A stretch of DNA of 64,000 nucleotides from Thermodesulfobacteriota bacterium (GTDB taxonomy: Bacteria; Desulfobacterota; Binatia; Bin18): positions 640,001-704,000 of the forward strand of contig OZ219926.1 in the NCBI GenBank assembly GCA_964291405.2, in the 5' to 3' direction. The notes below the pieces were generated by a model. That model saw nothing but the letters and a program-made list of their open reading frames with translations, ran no database searches and was not told the origin of the DNA. The translations under genes were made by a program, and so were the position numbers. This document shows positions 59,723-64,000 of this stretch, one piece after another; the first letter of the stretch is position 1, and each line of letters starts with the position of its first letter.

Positions 59723-60557
59723 GGCGGTGTTCCGGCTGGTCGCCTGGACCGTTCTCGGCGTGTTGGCCGCGTGCAGCCCCGCTGAGCAGCCAACACGCTT
59801 AGGCCAGCCGACACGCATCGTGAGTCTTGACTACTGCGCCGATCAGTACATCCTCAAGCTGGCACCGCGCGAGCGCATCCTGGCAGTCTCGCCCGACGCC
59901 GAGAAAACCTTCTCCTATATGCGTGGCCACGCCAAGGGGCTCAGACAGGTTCGCCCCCGGGCCGAAGACGTTCTCGTCCTGCAACCCGATTTGGTGGTTC
60001 GCTCCTACGGCGGTGGGCCGAACGTCACCGCGTTTGTCGAGCGCATGGGCACACCTGTGCTGCAGATCGGCTTTACCAGCGACCTCGACGACGTCAGAGA
60101 CACGATCACAGCAGTGGCAGAAGGGCTTGGCCAGCGGGATCGCGGCACAGCAATAATCGCCGAGATGGATACGCGGCTGGCGGCTCTGCGCGCCCTACCG
60201 GACGCGTCGTCGGCGCTGTATATGACGCCGGCTGGTGTGACGAGCGGGCCCGGAACCTTGGTCCACGAGATGCTGAACGCCGCGGGCTTGGCCAACTTTC
60301 AGCAGGAGCCCGGCTGGCGGTCCCTGCCACTCGAGCGTTTAGCCCGTGAACAACCTGACCTCGTGGCGGCCGTCATCTGGGGAGCCACGAATCACGATGA
60401 CAATTGGAGCGCAGCCCGCCACCCCATCGCCCGCCAACAGCTTCGCGAGCGGCCCGTCGTTTCGCTTGAGGGAGCCTGGATTGCCTGTGGCGGATGGTTT
60501 CTGCTCGATGCCATTGAGGCACTGGCGCTGACAGGCGGCGGAGAGACCGCGCAGTGA
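59706..60557 (+). CDS. Cobalamin/iron-type ABC transporter substrate-binding lipoprotein (BtuF-like)
   Basis: Lipobox LAAC; RIVSLDYCADQ; EDVLVLQPDLVV; cob context. Confidence 0.85.
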   Translation: MGSISEAVFRLVAWTVLGVLAACSPAEQPTRLGQPTRIVSLDYCADQYILKLAPRERILAVSPDAEKTFSYMRGHAKGLRQVRPRAEDVLVLQPDLVVRSYGGGPNVTAFVERMGTPVLQIGFTSDLDDVRDTITAVAEGLGQRDRGTAIIAEMDTRLAALRALPDASSALYMTPAGVTSGPGTLVHEMLNAAGLANFQQEPGWRSLPLERLAREQPDLVAAVIWGATNHDDNWSAARHPIARQQLRERPVVSLEGAWIACGGWFLLDAIEALALTGGGETAQ

Positions 60558-61543
60558 CCGCGAGTGGGCTCAATCTTGCCCTGGCCACGACGGCTGTCGC
60601 GGCGCTGGCGGCCGCCTGTTTTCTCGGGACAACCCCCATGGGCGCACCCCGCGTACTGGCAGCATTCCTGGGGCAGGCTCCGGTCGGCGACAGTCTGGTC
60701 GTCTGGCATATCCGCTTGCCGCGTGCGATGGCCGCGTTCGTGGTCGGCGCCGCGCTGGGGGCAAGTGGCGCCGCAATGCAGGGTCTGCTGCGCAACCCGC
60801 TTGCGGAGCCTGGGGTCTTGGGCGTATCGGCGTCAGCCTCTCTGGGTGCGACGTTTGTGCTGTACTACGGTTTCGCAGATGCCTGGGGGTATAGCGTGCC
60901 GGTGGCCGCCATCACAGGTGCGTCCGCAGCGTCGGCCCTCATCGCCCTAGTCGCGGTTCACACCTCATCGGTGGTCACGCTCATCCTGGTCGGCGTCGGC
61001 CTGTCAAGCTTCGCGGGGGCGGCCATGTCGCTACTGATGAATCTTGCCCCCAACCCGTTCTCACTGGCAGATATGGTGAACTGGATGCTGGGCTCCGTCG
61101 CCAACCGGAGCATTGACGACCTGGCACTCGCTGCCCCATTCATGGCTATCGGCCTGGCCATACTCTTCGCGACCCGCCGGGGCCTGTCGGCGCTCACGCT
61201 GGGGGAGGAAGCCGCCGTCGGCGTGGGCCTCAATCTCCGTCGCCAGCGCCTCGCGGTTGTGCTAGGTACCGGGCTGGCTACCGGCGCGGCAGTTGCGGTC
61301 GCAGGCGCTATAGGTTTTGTCGGTATCATCGCGCCACATATTGTGCGCCCGCGCGTCGGTCACGACCCGGCGCGCAGCCTGCTACCGTCAGCACTACTCG
61401 CCGGGCTCGTCCTCGTACTTGCCGACATCGCGGTCCGTCTGTTGCCGACCAGTTCGGAGTTGAAGCTGGGCGTGGTCGCCGCTTTTATCGGCGCGCCCGT
61501 CTTTGTCTGGATCACTCTACAGCGGAGGGCAGTCCGTGACTGA
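60554..61543 (+). CDS. FecCD/BtuC-family ABC permease
   Basis: IRLPR, QGLLRNPLAEPGVLGVS, GAIGFVG..APH. Confidence 0.92.
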   Translation: MTASGLNLALATTAVAALAAACFLGTTPMGAPRVLAAFLGQAPVGDSLVVWHIRLPRAMAAFVVGAALGASGAAMQGLLRNPLAEPGVLGVSASASLGATFVLYYGFADAWGYSVPVAAITGASAASALIALVAVHTSSVVTLILVGVGLSSFAGAAMSLLMNLAPNPFSLADMVNWMLGSVANRSIDDLALAAPFMAIGLAILFATRRGLSALTLGEEAAVGVGLNLRRQRLAVVLGTGLATGAAVAVAGAIGFVGIIAPHIVRPRVGHDPARSLLPSALLAGLVLVLADIAVRLLPTSSELKLGVVAAFIGAPVFVWITLQRRAVRD

Positions 61544-62309
61544 ACTCTGCGCAAAGAACGTGACGGTCAGAGTCGGTCGAGCGACGCTCGTGGAGGCGGC
61601 GTCCTTCAGCCTGCGATCCGGTGAGTTGGTCGCTCTGCTCGGACCTAATGGTGCGGGCAAGACCACCTTGCTACGCGCCACGCTGGGTCTCGGACATCTT
61701 TCCGCAGGATCGGCGACGCTAGACGGCACGACCACAGCGCGACTCTCGTCCGTGGAACGGGCGCGCCGCGTAGGCTATCTTCCTCAAGTACGCCCGCTTG
61801 CTTGGCCCAATACCGTGCGTGACGTGGTCGCGCTCGGACGGTTCGCCTACGGCGCGGCACTCGGACGACTGCGTGCCAAGGATGCCGAAGCGGTCGATCG
61901 GGCGGTGGTTGCGTGCGACCTTGCTGACCTCGCACACCGTCGAACCGATACCTTGTCCGGCGGAGAACTCGCCCGTGTTCACTGTGCCCGAGCCTTTGCC
62001 ACCGAGGCTCCGCTGCTGATTGCCGACGAGCCGACCGCGGCCCTTGACCTGCGCCACCAGTTCCAGGTCATGGATCTCCTGCGGCGTTTTGTGGATGCGG
62101 GTGGCGGTGTGTTGGTCGTCCTGCACGACGTGGGGCTTGCCGTCCGCTTTGTCGACCGGCTCATTTGGATGAAAGGCGGGACAATCCTTGCGGACGGTCC
62201 GCCTGAAGAGACCCTGACCACGGACCGGATACGGGCGGTCTACGGTATGCACGCGCGGGTTGAGCGGCAGGGCACCGAGTGGAGCGTACAGATCGAAGGG
62301 GTGGCCTGA
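61536..62309 (+). CDS. ABC transporter ATP-binding protein (BtuD/FecE-like)
   Basis: GPNGAGKT, LSGGE, ADEPT, VLHD. Confidence 0.93.
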   Translation: MTELCAKNVTVRVGRATLVEAASFSLRSGELVALLGPNGAGKTTLLRATLGLGHLSAGSATLDGTTTARLSSVERARRVGYLPQVRPLAWPNTVRDVVALGRFAYGAALGRLRAKDAEAVDRAVVACDLADLAHRRTDTLSGGELARVHCARAFATEAPLLIADEPTAALDLRHQFQVMDLLRRFVDAGGGVLVVLHDVGLAVRFVDRLIWMKGGTILADGPPEETLTTDRIRAVYGMHARVERQGTEWSVQIEGVA

Positions 62310-62311
62310 GC

Positions 62312-63262
62312 GTGTCGTCGGCCATGCTCATGTTGGGTGCATTCTTGGTCGAAGCCGTCTGCGGCTGGCCTGACTGGCTCTACCGCCGTATCCGTCACCC
62401 GGTGGTCTGGATCGGCAGCCTGATCTCCGCGCTCGAAGCAACGTTGAATCTGGACCATTTCACCCTCACCGTGCGCCGCGCGCTCGGGATGCTGACGGCG
62501 CTCGTTGTCGTTACCGTGGCCACGCTGGTCGCTTACCTGCTCGTTGTCCTCCTGCCAGAAACGCCGGTCGGTTTCGCTGTGGAAGTGGTAGCGGCTTCCA
62601 GCCTCCTGGCAGGTCGTAGTCTGTATTGCCACGTCCTGCGTGTCACCCAGCATCTGGAACACGGCGATCTGGAAGAGGCACGGCAGGCTGTCGGTCATAT
62701 TGTCAGCCGCGACCCCGCCGAACTCGACACCGGAGGCGTTGCGCGAGCGAATCTGGAGAGTCTGGCCGAGAACGCTTCCGACGGCGTTATCGCACCCCTC
62801 TTCTGGGGCAGCCTGCTCGGCTTGCCAGGACTAACAGCCTATAAGACCATCAATACGCTGGATTCCATGCTCGGCTACCGAACCGATCGTCTGTGGTCGT
62901 TCGGCGGCTTTGCCGCCCGGCTCGACGACGCGGCCAACCTCATTCCGGCTCGACTTACGGGCAGTCTCATTGTGCTGGCGAGTTTCAGACCCGCCGCCGT
63001 TCGCGTCATGCTCCGCGACGCCCGAAACCACCGCTCGCCCAATGCGGGCTGGCCGGAGAGCGCCATGGCCGGGGCGCTCGACATTCGGCTGGGTGGCCCG
63101 CGCGTGTATGCAGGTTCTGAGACGGTTGACCCCTGGTTGAATGCAACCGCCCCCGACCCCAGACCAAGTGACGCGCGGCGCGGGCTGCATCTCTACGTGC
63201 GGACCATGCTGCTGGCTGCGCTGCTACTGCTCGCCCTAGCGGTCGGGGGAACTCAGCCATGA
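62312..63262 (+). CDS. cbiB: Adenosylcobinamide-phosphate synthase CbiB
   Basis: HPVVWIG, IVSRD, ESLAENASDGVIAPLFW, YKTINTLDSMLGY, SPNAGWPE. Confidence 0.96.
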   Translation: MSSAMLMLGAFLVEAVCGWPDWLYRRIRHPVVWIGSLISALEATLNLDHFTLTVRRALGMLTALVVVTVATLVAYLLVVLLPETPVGFAVEVVAASSLLAGRSLYCHVLRVTQHLEHGDLEEARQAVGHIVSRDPAELDTGGVARANLESLAENASDGVIAPLFWGSLLGLPGLTAYKTINTLDSMLGYRTDRLWSFGGFAARLDDAANLIPARLTGSLIVLASFRPAAVRVMLRDARNHRSPNAGWPESAMAGALDIRLGGPRVYAGSETVDPWLNATAPDPRPSDARRGLHLYVRTMLLAALLLLALAVGGTQP

Positions 63263-64000
63263 GAATGGACGAGTGCGGCCACGGAGGGGCGCTTGACCTC
63301 ATGCGTGCCCGTTTCCCTCAGGCGCCAGAGCCCTGGATTGATCTGTCCACCGGAATCAACCCCTGGCCGTATCCGCTGGACAGTTCGCAGCCGGAGACCC
63401 TCCAGCGTTTACCGACCGCCACCGCAACAGCAACTTGTAGGAACGCAATGGCGGAGACATTTGGAGCGCCGGCCGAGTGCGTCTTGCCTATTCCAGGCAG
63501 CGAGTTGCTCATCCGTCTCCTGCCGACCCTGCTCCGGCCTCGGCGCGGGACACGGGTGGCCATTACGCGGCCGACCTTTGCCGACCATGCCAAGGTCTGG
63601 CGAGCAGCGGGATGTCGGGTCATCGAAACACCGGACCCCTTGGATGCCCTTGCCTCGACCGATTTCGTCGTCCTGTGTAACCCCAACAATCCAGACGGCC
63701 GTGTCTGGAACCCGGACCGGCTTGAGGCGGCGCGGACGGTACTGGCCGAAAGGGGCGGCTGGCTAATCGTTGATGAAGCCTATGCCGATGTCCGGCCGGA
63801 CCTGTCCATGGCAGCAGGCGGCGGGCGGGCGGGTCTCATCCTCCTGCGCTCGTTCGGCAAATTCTTCGGTCTGCCCGGACTCCGGCTTGGGGCACTGATG
63901 GCGCCGTGGGACACCCTGGAAACAGTCCGGCAGTGTCTGGGCGTCTGGAGCGTATCCGGCCCGGCACTAGCCGCGGGAGCACAGGCATACCGAGACCGCG
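63259..64000 (+). CDS. Threonine-phosphate decarboxylase (CobD/CobC type), partial; runs off right edge
   Basis: Not in the ORF track. ATGA overlap with cbiB; MRMDECGHGG..WIDLSTGINPWPYP..CNPNNPDG..VDEAYAD..LRSFGKFFGLPGLRLG. Confidence 0.93.
   Translation, partial: MRMDECGHGGALDLMRARFPQAPEPWIDLSTGINPWPYPLDSSQPETLQRLPTATATATCRNAMAETFGAPAECVLPIPGSELLIRLLPTLLRPRRGTRVAITRPTFADHAKVWRAAGCRVIETPDPLDALASTDFVVLCNPNNPDGRVWNPDRLEAARTVLAERGGWLIVDEAYADVRPDLSMAAGGGRAGLILLRSFGKFFGLPGLRLGALMAPWDTLETVRQCLGVWSVSGPALAAGAQAYRDR

Noticed and set aside
63293-63766. ORF-track proteins of 157, 123 and 67 aa
   Set aside because: Alternative-frame shadows of the threonine-phosphate decarboxylase starting at 63259

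Overview
Gene-dense bacterial chromosome segment from a diderm, LPS-producing organism (LpxC, LolA, TonB-like, TatA). The gene set looks Deltaproteobacteria/Binatia-like, but that is inference only. Left (1-12.3 kb, minus strand): a complex I operon without NuoEFG (nuoA-B-C-D-H-I-J-K-L, running off the edge). It is preceded by an Fe-S cassette (Mrp/ApbC, DUF971, second Mrp/ApbC, 2Fe-2S ferredoxin, FNR-like reductase, IscU, a second NuoB, an Rrf2 regulator) with two IscR-type GACT-N5-AGTC operator candidates. Middle (13-34.7 kb): housekeeping genes (asnS, yebC-ruvCAB, plsC-rnj-ftsK-lolA, tatA, tRNA-Ala-CGC). Here an NtrY-like kinase is followed by a receiver domain fused in frame to an intact LpxC, which suggests two-component control of the committed step of lipid A synthesis. 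Right (35-56 kb): accessory catabolic/detox enzymes, a TM0106-type helicase whose RecB-like nuclease motifs are degenerate, and a frameshifted AI-2E transporter. This part also holds an operon with a UGSC-type selenoprotein that the ORF track splits in two (in-frame UGA plus SECIS hairpin), flanked by an MFS transporter and a PLP decarboxylase. End (56.5-64 kb): a cobinamide/cobalamin salvage cluster (cobU, cobS, cobT, cobO, btuFCD-like, cbiB, threonine-phosphate decarboxylase). No CRISPR array, rRNA, integrase or transposase was seen. All calls come from motif recognition without database searches, and several start codons were re-picked from RBS context.
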